64,000 bases of DNA from positions 24,579 to 88,578 of the forward strand of contig JBBDXL010000101.1 of NCBI GenBank assembly GCA_040902335.1, read 5' to 3'. Of this stretch, positions 1 through 9,408 are shown piece by piece. Source of the stretch: Burkholderiales bacterium. Lineage in GTDB: Bacteria > Pseudomonadota > Gammaproteobacteria > Burkholderiales > SG8-39. A program made the translations under genes and the position numbers. Positions within the stretch are counted from its first letter, which is position 1; every line of letters begins with the position of its first letter. The notes below the pieces were generated by a model, which was not told where the DNA came from, ran no database searches, and saw nothing but the letters and a program-made list of their open reading frames with translations.

Positions 1-1188
1 GGCGAGCGCCGCGGCGAGCGGCCACAGCACCTGGCGCGCGACGCGCCGGTTGTACCAGGCGAGCACGCCGAGCTTGAAGGCCACGTTGGCGAGGAAGGCG
101 AGCCCGATGGCGAGCGCCGCGGCGCGCGCGGCGACGCGCTCCTCGCCGAACAGGTTCAGCGCCGAAAGCGTGATCGGGTCGATGTCGACCATGCCCGAGG
201 CGAGCGCCGCCGCGTACAGGCCGCGCGCGCCCGCGATTTCCGACAGCCACGCCGAGACGAACAGCACCACCGCGTAGAGCGCGCCGAATTGCAGCGCCGT
301 CGCCAGCGCCGCGGGATTGCGGAACTCGGGCACCGGCGGCGCACCGCGCTCGGTGCGCCGCACGAAAACCGCGGTCACGGCGAGGCCGGCGGCGAGCGCC
401 GCGCCGAGCGCCGGCGCCAGCACCGGCAGCATTCGCGGCTCGACCACGAACGCGAGCAGCGCGATGCGCGCCAGCGGCATCATGTTGGCGAGCGGCACCA
501 CCGTGAGCGCCATGCGCTCCATGGCCGGGGCCTCGCGGCTGTGCCGCGCGTAGAGCACGGTGGTCGCGGTAGAGGACACCAGGCCCCCGAGCGCGCCCGC
601 GAGCAGCGCGCCGCCGCGCGCGCCGGCGAGCCGCAGCGCGACGTAGCTCGCCAGGCCGATGCCCGAGATCAGCACCACCATCAGCCAGATCTGGCGCGGA
701 TTGAGCACCGCGTAGGGGCCGTAGGCGCGGTCGGGCAGGATCGGCAGCACGATGAAGGTGACGATCAGGAACTGCAGCACCGACACCTGCTCGTGGCGCT
801 CGAGCGCGGTGGAGAAGCCCTCGATCTCGGGCTTGAAATACAGAAGCGCGGTGACGCCGATGGCGAGCGCGCCCGCGATCGCGGTCTCGCCCGTGCCCAC
901 CATCACGCCGAGCAGGTAGCACACCGTGGCCGCCGCCACCGTGGTGGTGCCGGGCTCCTCGTCCGCGCCGATGCGCCAGTAGGCGGCGATCAGCATGCCC
1001 GCGACCGCGGCGAGCCCGACCGGCACCACGCCGGGCGCCGCGTCGATGGACGCGGCGAGCGTGCCAGCGAGCGCGATCAGCGCGAACGTGCGCACCCCCG
1101 CCTTGGCCGCGGGATTGCGCTCGCGCTCGAGGCCGATCAGCAGGCCGATGCCGAGGCTTGCGGCAAAGCGCAGCCAGTCGCCGTCCAT
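1..1188 (-). CDS. MgtC/SapB-family membrane protein with DUF4010-like C-terminal region (partial; 3' end lies beyond the window edge)
   Basis: My own translation of the minus strand from ATG 1188: MDGDWLRFAASLGIGLLIGLERERNPAAKAGVRTFALIALAGTL... It is polytopic and hydrophobic and stays open to position 1. It is absent from the ORF track because no stop lies in the window. The + ORF 289..1272 is its antisense shadow. Confidence 0.75.
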   Translation of the reverse strand, partial: MDGDWLRFAASLGIGLLIGLERERNPAAKAGVRTFALIALAGTLAASIDAAPGVVPVGLAAVAGMLIAAYWRIGADEEPGTTTVAAATVCYLLGVMVGTGETAIAGALAIGVTALLYFKPEIEGFSTALERHEQVSVLQFLIVTFIVLPILPDRAYGPYAVLNPRQIWLMVVLISGIGLASYVALRLAGARGGALLAGALGGLVSSTATTVLYARHSREAPAMERMALTVVPLANMMPLARIALLAFVVEPRMLPVLAPALGAALAAGLAVTAVFVRRTERGAPPVPEFRNPAALATALQFGALYAVVLFVSAWLSEIAGARGLYAAALASGMVDIDPITLSALNLFGEERVAARAAALAIGLAFLANVAFKLGVLAWYNRRVARQVLWPLAAALA

Positions 1189-1192
1189 GCGC

Positions 1193-1795
1193 TCATTTCA
1201 GGGGGCGCCACGGCGCGCCGAGGCCCACCGGCGCGGGCGCGAGCTGCGCGATGCGGTGGAACAGGCGCTTGAAATCGTGCTCCGCGGTTCCCGCGAGCGG
1301 ATCCTCGTTGGCGCGGAACGCCGTTGCGATCGCCGCCCAGTCCTCGACCGTGAGCCGCTGCTCCGCGAGCGGCAGCAGCGCCTGCTCCTCCTTGCGCATG
1401 TGCTGCCAGTGGAACTGGGCGTAGGCCTCCACCGCGTCCCGGAACGCGCCGCCGCCCCCGGGCCAGGACTGCTCGTAGCCGAGCACGGAGTGCTCGAGCC
1501 CGCGCGCGAGGCGCGCGCCGGCGACGTGCTCGTCCTGCAGCATGCGCACCAGCGGCGCGGCTTCCGGCGCGCGCTGCTGGAGCCGCGCGAACAGGTGCTG
1601 GTCCTCTTTCGGGTGGTGCAGCTTCTCCGGAAAAGTGTCGATGTAATAGACCATGGCGCGCAGCGCGGCGAAATCGGGGCGCACGCCGGGCTCTTGCGCC
1701 ATGCGCGCGAGCTCGCGCAGGCCGCTCAGCACGGCGCTGATCGAGCGATGCTCGTCGCGCAGGATGCGCACCGCCTCGTGCATCGCCGCCGTCAT
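1193..1795 (-). CDS. hemerythrin (HHE cation-binding) domain protein
   Basis: C-terminal 200 aa of ORF 1193..2131, from ATG 1795 (MTAAMHEAVRILRDEHRSI...HHPKEDQHLF...EHVAGARL...). His/Glu spacing is typical of hemerythrin-like O2/NO/iron sensors. The upstream 112 aa of the ORF are Arg/Cys-rich junk overlapping the next gene. Confidence 0.85.
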   Translation of the reverse strand: MTAAMHEAVRILRDEHRSISAVLSGLRELARMAQEPGVRPDFAALRAMVYYIDTFPEKLHHPKEDQHLFARLQQRAPEAAPLVRMLQDEHVAGARLARGLEHSVLGYEQSWPGGGGAFRDAVEAYAQFHWQHMRKEEQALLPLAEQRLTVEDWAAIATAFRANEDPLAGTAEHDFKRLFHRIAQLAPAPVGLGAPWRPLK

Positions 1796-1802
1796 ATCCG
1801 CG

Positions 1803-2525
1803 TCAGGTGAGGCACAGCAAGCCCGCGCGCACCGCGGCGCGCAGATCCTCGGCGCGCGCGAGGCCCGCCACGCCCATGCCGAGCACGAGCGCGCCGGCGA
1901 CGTTGCGCAGGCGCGTGCGCCCGGGTCCGGCGCGCAGCCACGCGAGCGCACCGCCCGCGCCGAGCAGCCAGGGTAGCGTGCCGGCGCCGAATGCGAGCAT
2001 GGCGAGCGCGCCGCCCGCGGGGCCGCCGGCGAGCGTCGCCGTGACGAGCGCCGCGTACACCATCGCGCAAGGCAGCAGGCCCCAGAGCATGCCGGCGCCC
2101 GAGGCCGCGAGTGTACCCGGCGCGGCGGCAAGCCGCGCCGCCGCCGGCTGCACGCGCCGCCACAGCGGCGCGCCCAGGTTCTCGAACCGCGCCAGCAGGC
2201 GGCCTGCGCCGAGCAGGTACAGGCCGGCGAGGATCAGCACGCCCTGCGCGAGGACGAAGAGCGCGATCTGCGCGGGCAGCGCATCCTGCATGAGCTGCGC
2301 CGCGCCGCCGAGCGCGCCCGCCGCGGCGCCGCCCAGCGCGTAGGTCAGGATGCGGCCGGCGTTGAAGGCGAGCTGCCGCCGCCATTCGGGCGCGGCGCGC
2401 GCCGCCGGCACGATCGGCACGACGCGCCGCGTGCTGAACGCGGCGACGATGCCGCCGCACATGCCCACGCAGTGCAGCCCCGAGGCGAGACCGAACAGCA
2501 GCAGCGCCGGCAGGAGCGCGTCCAC
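1803..2525 (-). CDS. TauE/SafE (DsbD_2-like) family inner-membrane protein
   Basis: 240 aa, GTG start. Gly/Ala/Leu-rich polytopic protein with LHCVGMCGG and LLPCAMVY motifs. It starts 2 nt after the hemN stop. Confidence 0.8.
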   Translation of the reverse strand: MDALLPALLLFGLASGLHCVGMCGGIVAAFSTRRVVPIVPAARAAPEWRRQLAFNAGRILTYALGGAAAGALGGAAQLMQDALPAQIALFVLAQGVLILAGLYLLGAGRLLARFENLGAPLWRRVQPAAARLAAAPGTLAASGAGMLWGLLPCAMVYAALVTATLAGGPAGGALAMLAFGAGTLPWLLGAGGALAWLRAGPGRTRLRNVAGALVLGMGVAGLARAEDLRAAVRAGLLCLT

Positions 2526-2526
2526 G

Positions 2527-3924
2527 TCAGATCACCTTGGAGTATTCGGCGCGCGCTTCGCGCTCGCGCAGGTAGCGGTCGAACACCGCGCACACCACGC
2601 GCACCAGCAGCCGTCCCTTGGGCGTGACGATGATCCAGTCCGGCTGCAGCTCGACCAGCCCGTCGGCTTCGAGCCCGCGCAGGTCCTTCATCTCCGCGGC
2701 GAAGTAGGCGTCGAAGTCGAGCAGGTGCGCGAGCTCCACCGACTCCTTGGCGACGCGGAAATGGCAGCTGAGCGCCTGGATCACGGCGCGGCGCACGAGA
2801 TCGTCCTGCGTCAGCTCCAAGCCGCGCGCCACCGGCAGGCGCCCCGCGTCGAGCGCGGCGTAGTGGTCGTCGAGGCGCTTCTGGTTCTGATAGTAGGTCG
2901 GGCCGATGGCGCCGATCGCCGAGACGCCCAGGCCGATCAGGTCGCTGCCGCGGCGCGTGGAATAGCCCTGGAAGTTGCGCTGCAGGCGACCCTGCGCCTG
3001 GGCGATCGCGAGCTCGTCGTCGGGCCGCGCGAAATGGTCCATGCCGATGTAAAGATAGCCGGCGCGCGTCAGGCGGCCGATGGCGAGCGAGAGGATCTGC
3101 AGCTTCATTTCCGCCGCCGGCAGGTCGGCCTCGGCGATCCGCCGCTGCGGCTTGAACACCTTGGGCAAGTGCGCGTAGCTGTAGAGCGCGATGCGGTCCG
3201 GGTCGAGCGCGACCACCTGGTCGAGCGTGCGGCTGAAGCCGTCCAGGGTCTGCTTGGGCAGGCCGTAGATGAGGTCCAGGTTCACCGAGCCGAAGCCCGC
3301 CGCGCGCGCTTCCCCCACCACGCGGCGCGTTTCCTCTTCGCTCTGGATGCGGTGCACCGCCTTCTGCACCTGGGCGTCGAAGTCCTGGACGCCGAGGGAA
3401 ACGCGGTTGAAGCCCAGCCCGGCGAGGAACGCCATCGTGCCGGGAGCGACGCGGCGCGGGTCCACCTCGATCGAGCATTCGCAGTCGGGCGCGCGCTCGA
3501 AGCGCCGGCAGATCGACTGCATCAGGCTCTGCATTTCCTCGCGCGCGAGGAAAGTGGGCGTGCCGCCGCCCCAATGCAGCTGGCCGATCGCGCGGTTGGC
3601 GCCGAGCGAGGGCTCCAGCGACGCCAGTTCCTTCTCCAAGTACTTGATATACTTGGCCGATCTCAAGCGGTCGCGCGTCACCACCTTGTTGCACGCGCAG
3701 TAGTAGCAGAGCGTGTCGCAAAATGGCAGGTGCACGTAGAGCGAGAGCGGCTGGCTGACGCCGCCGATATTGCGCTTGCCGAGCCACTGCCGCAGCTCGG
3801 CCTCGCCGAACGCCTCGACGAAGCGGTCCGCGGTTGGGTACGAGGTGTAGCGCGGCCCGCTTACGTCGTACTGGCGGATGAGGACCGGGTCGATGACGAG
3901 GTCGGAGGCGGGGTAGCGCTGCAT
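2527..3924 (-). CDS. hemN: oxygen-independent coproporphyrinogen III oxidase (radical SAM)
   Basis: ORF 2527..3969. GPRYTSYPTADRF, radical-SAM cluster motif CDTLCYYCACN, and full-length similarity to HemN. I prefer ATG 3924 (MQRYPASDLVIDPVLIRQYD) because the longer start at 3969 lies inside the FNR box. Confidence 0.95.
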   Translation of the reverse strand: MQRYPASDLVIDPVLIRQYDVSGPRYTSYPTADRFVEAFGEAELRQWLGKRNIGGVSQPLSLYVHLPFCDTLCYYCACNKVVTRDRLRSAKYIKYLEKELASLEPSLGANRAIGQLHWGGGTPTFLAREEMQSLMQSICRRFERAPDCECSIEVDPRRVAPGTMAFLAGLGFNRVSLGVQDFDAQVQKAVHRIQSEEETRRVVGEARAAGFGSVNLDLIYGLPKQTLDGFSRTLDQVVALDPDRIALYSYAHLPKVFKPQRRIAEADLPAAEMKLQILSLAIGRLTRAGYLYIGMDHFARPDDELAIAQAQGRLQRNFQGYSTRRGSDLIGLGVSAIGAIGPTYYQNQKRLDDHYAALDAGRLPVARGLELTQDDLVRRAVIQALSCHFRVAKESVELAHLLDFDAYFAAEMKDLRGLEADGLVELQPDWIIVTPKGRLLVRVVCAVFDRYLREREARAEYSKVI

Positions 3925-3959
3925 TGCCGCCCAATATGGGCTTGCGAGGGAATAACGGC

Positions 3960-3973
3960 TTGATTTCAATCAA
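3960..3973. promoter_or_regulatory. FNR-type box TTGATTTCAATCAA (perfect consensus)
   Basis: Palindrome in the hemN / kinase divergent gap. The centre at 3966.5 is 42.5 bp from the hemN ATG 3924. Confidence 0.8.
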
Positions 3974-3998
3974 ACCCGGGCTGTTTCGCCATCCCGCG

Positions 3999-5246
3999 GT
4001 GATCGCCGCCGGGGGGGCGGCGCTCGCCGCGCTGCTGATCATGAACGGCGCCGCGTTCATCCGCGGCATGGACTCCCCCTGGCTGCTGGGCGCAGTCATC
4101 CTCACCGACCTGGCGGTGGTCGGCGTGAGCCTGGTCGCGGCGCTCTGGTCGATCGCGGTCTGGGGCGGGCGCAAGGACGTGAGCGAAGCGCGCCTGGACG
4201 CCATCGTCGACTCGGCGATGGACGCCATCCTCACCGTGGACGCGGCGCAGAACGTCGTGCTGTTCAACCGCGCCGCCGAGCAGATGTTCGGCGTGCGCCG
4301 CGACGACGCCCTCGGCTCGCCGCTCGACCGCTTCATTCCGCAACGCTTCCGCGGCGCGCACCGCGCGCACGTCGAGAAGTTCGGCCACACCGGCGTCACC
4401 AGCCGGCGCATGGGCGACCAGACGACTCTGTGGGCGCTGCGCGCCGACGGCAGCGAGTTCCCCATCGAGGCCTCGATCTCGCAGGCGGGCGAGCCGGGCA
4501 GCCGCTTCTTCACCGTGATCCTGCGCGATATCACGCTCCGCAAGCAGAACGAGGACACGATGCTCCGGCAGCAGCAGGAGCTGCGCGAGCTTTCGGCGCG
4601 CGTGCTGGAGGCGCGCGAGGAGGAAAAGACGCGCATCGCGCGCGAGCTGCACGACGAGCTGGGGCAGCTGCTCACGGCGCTCAAGATGGACCTCGCCTGG
4701 CTGCGCGAGCGCCTGCCCGAGACCGGGCCCGAGCTCGCGGCGCGCGCCGACGGCATGAGCGCGCTCCTCGACCGCACCGTGAGCTCGAGCCGGCGCATCG
4801 CCGCGGACCTGCGGCCGCTGATGCTCGACGACCTCGGGCTCGCCGAGGCGGCGCAATGGCTGGTGGAGGATTTCGCCAAGCGCTCCGCGATCCGGGTCGA
4901 GATGCAGGCGCCCGAAGACCTCGCGCTGGAGGCACTGTCCAAGGGTGCCGCCACGGCGCTGTACCGCGCGCTGCAGGAATCGCTCACCAACATCGCCCGC
5001 CATTCCGGGGCGAAAAGCGCCTGGATCGTGCTGGCGCAGGACAACGGCACGCTGCACCTGGAGATCGAGGACGACGGGCGCGGCATCGCCGCCGAGGACC
5101 TCGCGAAGGCGAGCTCGCTCGGCCTGAAGGGCATGCGCGAGCGCATCGCCTACTACGGCGGCTCGCTGGAAGTGGCGCGCGCGCCGCGCGGCGGCACGCG
5201 GCTGCGCGTGCGCATGCCGCTCCCCTCCGGCGGTGCCGAGGCATGA
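3999..5246 (+). CDS. PAS-domain sensor histidine kinase (HisKA_3 / NarX-DegS type)
   Basis: ORF 3924..5246. One or two N-terminal TM segments, a PAS region (DAIVDSAMDAILTVDAAQNVVLFNRAAEQMFG), an H-box (ELHDELGQLLTAL) and HATPase motifs (DDGRGI, GLKGMRER). The start is uncertain: GTG 3999, ATG 4041 or ATG 4068. ATG 3924 would abut the hemN start. Confidence 0.88.
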   Translation: MIAAGGAALAALLIMNGAAFIRGMDSPWLLGAVILTDLAVVGVSLVAALWSIAVWGGRKDVSEARLDAIVDSAMDAILTVDAAQNVVLFNRAAEQMFGVRRDDALGSPLDRFIPQRFRGAHRAHVEKFGHTGVTSRRMGDQTTLWALRADGSEFPIEASISQAGEPGSRFFTVILRDITLRKQNEDTMLRQQQELRELSARVLEAREEEKTRIARELHDELGQLLTALKMDLAWLRERLPETGPELAARADGMSALLDRTVSSSRRIAADLRPLMLDDLGLAEAAQWLVEDFAKRSAIRVEMQAPEDLALEALSKGAATALYRALQESLTNIARHSGAKSAWIVLAQDNGTLHLEIEDDGRGIAAEDLAKASSLGLKGMRERIAYYGGSLEVARAPRGGTRLRVRMPLPSGGAEA

Positions 5247-5866
5247 TCCGCGTCCTGCTCGCCGACGACCACCAGATCGTGCGCGACGGCCTGCGCGGCA
5301 TTCTCGCCGCGCAGGCCGACGTCGAGGTCGCGGGCGAGGCGGCGGACGGCGACCAGGCGCTCGCGCTGGTGCGCGCCAACGACTACGACGTGGCCGTGCT
5401 CGACCTGTCGATGCCGGGCCTCTCGGGGCTCGACCTCGTCAAGCGCCTGAAGCTGGAAAAGCCGAAGCTCAGGCTGCTCGTGCTCTCGATGCACGGCGAG
5501 CAGCAGTACGCCGTGCGCGCGCTCAAGGCCGGGGCGTCGGGCTATCTCACCAAGGACAGCGCATCGGCGCAGCTGATCGGCGCGCTGCGCAAGATCGCGG
5601 CCGGAGGCGTGCACGTCTCGGAGGCCACCGCCCTCGGGCTGGTGAGCGCGGCGAGCGGCGACGGCCCGCCGCACGCGCGCCTCTCGGACCGCGAGTTCGA
5701 GGTGTTGAAGCTGCTCGCCGGCGGCGCGAGCCCTACGGACATCGCGCGCAGGCTGCACCTGTCGGTGAAGACCGTGAGCACGCACAAGACGCGCGTGCTG
5801 GACAAGCTCGGTCTGGGCGGCACCGCGGAGCTGGTGCGCTACGCCCTGGAGCACAAGCTGGTCTAG
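5243..5866 (+). CDS. NarL/FixJ-family response regulator (REC + LuxR-type HTH)
   Basis: MIRVLLADDHQIVRDGL...DLSMPGLSG...LSDREFEVLKLLAGGASPTDIARRLHLSVKTVSTHKTRVLDKLG. The ATG overlaps the kinase stop (ATGA). Confidence 0.95.
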   Translation: MIRVLLADDHQIVRDGLRGILAAQADVEVAGEAADGDQALALVRANDYDVAVLDLSMPGLSGLDLVKRLKLEKPKLRLLVLSMHGEQQYAVRALKAGASGYLTKDSASAQLIGALRKIAAGGVHVSEATALGLVSAASGDGPPHARLSDREFEVLKLLAGGASPTDIARRLHLSVKTVSTHKTRVLDKLGLGGTAELVRYALEHKLV

Positions 5867-5934
5867 GACTTTTCCGAGCCGCGAATCAGCCGCCGCCGAT
5901 GGCCGGCGCCGCGGCGCGCCGCCACACTGGCGGC

Positions 5935-6312
5935 ATGCAAACGCGCACCGTCTATCTCGTAGAGGACTCGCCCCTGGTGAGCGAGCGCCTGCTCGAGATG
6001 CTCGAGGACGTGCCCGGCGTGCGCGTGACGGGCCACACCACACGCGCCGACGACGCGATCCGCGACATCCTCGCCGGGCGTCCCGACGTCGTGGTGCTCG
6101 ACATCCGGCTCGCGCAGGGCAGCGGCTTCGATGTGCTGCGTGCGCTGCACGATCAGGCGCCCGAGATCGAGGTCTACATGCTCTCCAGCTTCGCCTCCGA
6201 TCCGTACCGGCACCTCGCCGCGCGGCTCGGGGCGCGCGGCTTCTTCGACAAGGCCACCGAATTCACCCGCGTGCGCGACGCCGTCGCCGCGCGCGCCGCG
6301 CTCACGCACTGA
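5935..6312 (+). CDS. single-domain response regulator (CheY-like receiver only)
   Basis: C-terminal 125 aa of ORF 5233..6312, from ATG 5935: MQTRTVYLVEDSPLVSERLLEML...DVVVLDIRLAQGSGFDVLRAL. Confidence 0.85.
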   Translation: MQTRTVYLVEDSPLVSERLLEMLEDVPGVRVTGHTTRADDAIRDILAGRPDVVVLDIRLAQGSGFDVLRALHDQAPEIEVYMLSSFASDPYRHLAARLGARGFFDKATEFTRVRDAVAARAALTH

Positions 6313-6329
6313 AGAAAAGAGAGGACGCC

Positions 6330-7070
6330 ATGCACGCTGTCACCGCCATTCACGCCGCGCCCGCATCGAAGAAGTTCGAAGTCACCTGCTCGAGCTGCAA
6401 CCTGCGCGAGATGTGCCTGCCCGCCGGGCTGTGCGCCGAGGACCTCGAGCGCATCGAGAACGTGGTCTACGCGCGCCGGCGCCTGAAGCGCGGCGAGCCG
6501 CTGTTCAATGCCGGGGACAGCTTCAGCGCGGTGTACGCCATCCGCAGCGGCTTCTTCAAGACCAGCCTGCTCGACCCCGACGGGCGCGAGCAAGTCACCG
6601 GCTTCTTCATGGGCGGGGAGCTGCTCGGCATGGACGGCATCGGCGGCGCGCACCACGGCACCGCCATCGCGCTCGAGGACAGCGAGGTGTGCGTGCTGCC
6701 CTACGCGCTGATCGAGGACCTGTCGCGCGAGATCCCGGCGCTGCAGCGCCAGCTGCACGCGGTGCTGGCGCGCGAGATCGCGCGCGACCACGGCGTGATG
6801 ATGCTGCTCGGCTCGATGCGCGCCGAGGAGCGCCTGGCGACGTTCCTGCTCAACCTGTCCAGGCGCTTCGTGCGCCGCGGCTACTCCTCGACCGAGTTCC
6901 ACCTGCGCATGACGCGCGACGAGATCGGCAGCTACCTCGGCCTGAAGCTGGAGACGGTGAGCCGGCTGTTCTCCGCGTTCCAGAAGGACGGCCTGATCGA
7001 GGTGCAGCAGAAGCACGTGCGCATCCGCGAAATCGAGGGCCTGGAGCGGGTGCTCGCGACGCGGCACTGA
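6330..7070 (+). CDS. fnr: FNR (Crp/Fnr family, [4Fe-4S] oxygen-sensing transcription factor)
   Basis: 246 aa. N-terminal CSSCNLREMC aligns with E. coli FNR C20/C23/C29 and DSEVCVLPY with C122. The recognition helix ETVSRLF matches E. coli ETISRLL. An AAGAGAGGA Shine-Dalgarno sequence lies upstream. Confidence 0.95.
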   Translation: MHAVTAIHAAPASKKFEVTCSSCNLREMCLPAGLCAEDLERIENVVYARRRLKRGEPLFNAGDSFSAVYAIRSGFFKTSLLDPDGREQVTGFFMGGELLGMDGIGGAHHGTAIALEDSEVCVLPYALIEDLSREIPALQRQLHAVLAREIARDHGVMMLLGSMRAEERLATFLLNLSRRFVRRGYSSTEFHLRMTRDEIGSYLGLKLETVSRLFSAFQKDGLIEVQQKHVRIREIEGLERVLATRH

Positions 7071-7129
7071 GGGGGCTTTCGATCGCCTAGCGACTTCGAA
7101 TTGCCCGCATACCCGAAGTAACATGGGGT

Positions 7130-8557
7130 ATGCGTAGCGCTGCGCACATCGCTCTGCTGCTCGCGCTGTATCTCGCGCTCGCCCTGCTGCCGCTCGCGCT
7201 CGCCGCGGCGCAGGGCCTGCCGCGCCGCCCATGGCTCGACGAGCTCTCCTCCGGGCTCGCCATGGCCGGATTCGCGGTGCTGCTGCTCGAGTTCGCGCTC
7301 TCGGGCCGCTACCGGCGGCTCTCGGCGCGCGTCGGCATGGACCTGACGATGCGCTTTCACCAGCTGATGGCGCTCGCCGCGCTCGCCTTCCTGCTGTTCC
7401 ACCCGTTCCTCTATGCGCCCGCCTTCAGCGAGCGTCCGGCGTACGGCGCGGGGACTGCGACGCGCGTCCTGCTCACGCCGGCGGCGACGGTGAGTGGCAT
7501 GCTCGCCTGGATGCTGCTGGTGATGCTGGTCGCCTTCGCCTGGTTCCGCACGCAGCTGCGCTGGTCCTACGAGGCCTGGCGGCTCTCGCACGGCCTCGGG
7601 GCGCTGGCGATCGCCTTCCTCGGCGCGCATCACACGCTCGACACCGGGCGCTACGCGCAGGACCCCTGGCTGCGCGGCGTCTGGCTCGCGGCCTGCGCGG
7701 CGGCGCTCGTCTCCCTCGCGCTGGTGTACCTGGTGAAGCCGCTCGCGCAGTCGCGCCGGCGCTGGCGCGTCGCCATCGTCGCGCCGGAGGCCGAGCGCAT
7801 CTGGCGCGTGGTGCTCGAGCCCGACACCGCGCGCGATTTCCGCTTCGCCGCCGGCCAGTTCGTCTGGCTCAAGCTGCACCGTGCGCTCGGCCGCATCACC
7901 GAGCACCCGTTCTCCATCGCCTCGGCGCCGGGGCAGCTGCCGCGCCTGCAGTTCCTGGTGAAGGAGGCGGGCGACTTCACCCGCTGCATCGGCCGCGTCG
8001 CACCCGGCGCCGCGGCCTATGTCGACGGCCCATACGGCGACCTCACGCTCGCCGGCCGCGGCGGCGCGGGCATCGTCCTCATCGCCGGCGGCGTCGGCAT
8101 CGCCCCGATCCTCGGCCTGGCGCGCGACCTCGCCGCGACGCACGACCCGCGGCCGCTCACAATCGTCTATGCCGATCGCACGGCGGCGCAGCTCGCGGCG
8201 CGCGCCGAGCTGGAGGTGATGGCGCGTGCGCCCGGGCGCGAGCTGCACCTGGTGCTCGATGAGCCGCCCGCGGACTGGAGCGGCCTGCGCGGCCGTCTCG
8301 ACACGGCGAATCTCAGAGCCTGCCTGCCGCGCAGCGGCGCCGCCGAGTGGCTGTATTTCGTCTGCGGGCCGCCCGCGATGATCGACGCGGTAGAAATGAG
8401 CCTGGCCGAGCTCGGCGTGCCCCTGGCGAGAATCGCTTCCGAGCGCTTCGTCTACGACAGCGGCATCGCCACGCCGCGCGAGCGGCTGACGCGCGCGGTG
8501 ATCGCCGGGGTAATCGCGGTGCAGGTACTCGCCGTGGTAGCTTTCGTGCTGCGATGA
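7130..8557 (+). CDS. NOX/ferric-reductase-family flavocytochrome (6-TM bis-heme domain + FAD/NAD(P)H dehydrogenase domain)
   Basis: 475 aa. His pairs with NOX-type spacing: FHQLMALAALAFLLFH has 13 residues between the His, and SHGLGALAIAFLGAH has 12. Also HPFSIAS (FAD), GPYG, GGVGIAP (NAD(P)H), CGPPAM, and an extra C-terminal TM helix. Confidence 0.85.
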   Translation: MRSAAHIALLLALYLALALLPLALAAAQGLPRRPWLDELSSGLAMAGFAVLLLEFALSGRYRRLSARVGMDLTMRFHQLMALAALAFLLFHPFLYAPAFSERPAYGAGTATRVLLTPAATVSGMLAWMLLVMLVAFAWFRTQLRWSYEAWRLSHGLGALAIAFLGAHHTLDTGRYAQDPWLRGVWLAACAAALVSLALVYLVKPLAQSRRRWRVAIVAPEAERIWRVVLEPDTARDFRFAAGQFVWLKLHRALGRITEHPFSIASAPGQLPRLQFLVKEAGDFTRCIGRVAPGAAAYVDGPYGDLTLAGRGGAGIVLIAGGVGIAPILGLARDLAATHDPRPLTIVYADRTAAQLAARAELEVMARAPGRELHLVLDEPPADWSGLRGRLDTANLRACLPRSGAAEWLYFVCGPPAMIDAVEMSLAELGVPLARIASERFVYDSGIATPRERLTRAVIAGVIAVQVLAVVAFVLR

Positions 8558-9408
8558 GCCTGCGCTCCCTGCTCGCCGCCACCGATTTTTCCGAGCACGC
8601 GCAGCTCGCGGCGCTGCGCGCGGCGCTGCTCGCGCGCGAGCTCGGCGCACGCCGGTGCGTGCTGCTGCACGTGGCGCTGGAGCGCGCGCTGCGCCCGGCC
8701 GACCGGGCGCGCGTGACGCGCCGGCTGCGGCGGGAGCTGGCGCAGCAGGCGCGCGCGCTGCAGGCGCAGACCGGCGCCGCGGTCGTGCCGCGCCTCGCGT
8801 GCGGGCCGGTGGTGGAGACCCTGGCACGCGCCGCGCGACACTTCGACCTGGTGGTGGTCGGCGCGCAGGGCGCGCATCCGCTGCGCGACTTCGCCATCGG
8901 CACGAGCGCCGAGCGGCTGCTGCGCCGGATCCATCGCCCGGTGCTGGTGGTAAAGCGCCGCCCCGCGGGCGCTTACCGCCGGGTGGTGGTGCCGGTCGAT
9001 TTCTCCGGCGCCTCGAAGGCCTCGCTCGCGCTGGCGCATGCCGTCGCGCCGGGCGCCGAGCTGAGCGTGCTGCACGCGTTCGAGGTGCCCTACGAGGGCA
9101 AGCTGCGCGTCGCGGGCGTGGCCGAGGACGACGTGCTGCGCTACCGCAGGCTCGCCCGCGAGCGGGCACGTGCGGACATGGACACGTTGCTCGGCGGCGC
9201 CGGCTCGGGCGTCGTGCGCCTGATCGCGCACGGCTATCCGCCGAAGCTGATCGCCCGCACCCAGGCCGAGATCGGCGCCGACCTGGTCGCGATCGGCAAG
9301 CACGGCCGGTCGGCGCTCGAGGACCTGCTGATCGGCAGCGTCACGCTGCATACCCTGTCGGCGGTGGATTGCGACGTGCTGGTGACGCCGCGATCTCCGC
9401 GGCGATGA
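8554..9408 (+). CDS. universal stress protein, tandem UspA domains
   Basis: From ATG 8554, which overlaps the upstream stop (ATGA). MSLRSLLAATDFSEHA...VVVGAQG...GTSAERLLRRIHRPVLVV..., and a second domain ending IGKHGRSALEDLLIGSVTLHTLSAVDCDVLV. Confidence 0.85.
   Translation: MSLRSLLAATDFSEHAQLAALRAALLARELGARRCVLLHVALERALRPADRARVTRRLRRELAQQARALQAQTGAAVVPRLACGPVVETLARAARHFDLVVVGAQGAHPLRDFAIGTSAERLLRRIHRPVLVVKRRPAGAYRRVVVPVDFSGASKASLALAHAVAPGAELSVLHAFEVPYEGKLRVAGVAEDDVLRYRRLARERARADMDTLLGGAGSGVVRLIAHGYPPKLIARTQAEIGADLVAIGKHGRSALEDLLIGSVTLHTLSAVDCDVLVTPRSPRR

Noticed and set aside
289-1272. 327-aa + strand ORF (also 317..553 and 995..1810)
   Set aside because: The translation is Arg/His/Glu/Asp-rich and low-complexity. 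It is antisense to a convincing MgtC-like membrane gene, and is a typical high-GC shadow ORF.
2345-5146. 933-aa minus-strand ORF spanning hemN and the kinase gene
   Set aside because: The composition is Arg/Ser/Ala/Pro-rich with no motifs. It overlaps two well-supported genes in other frames or on the other strand.
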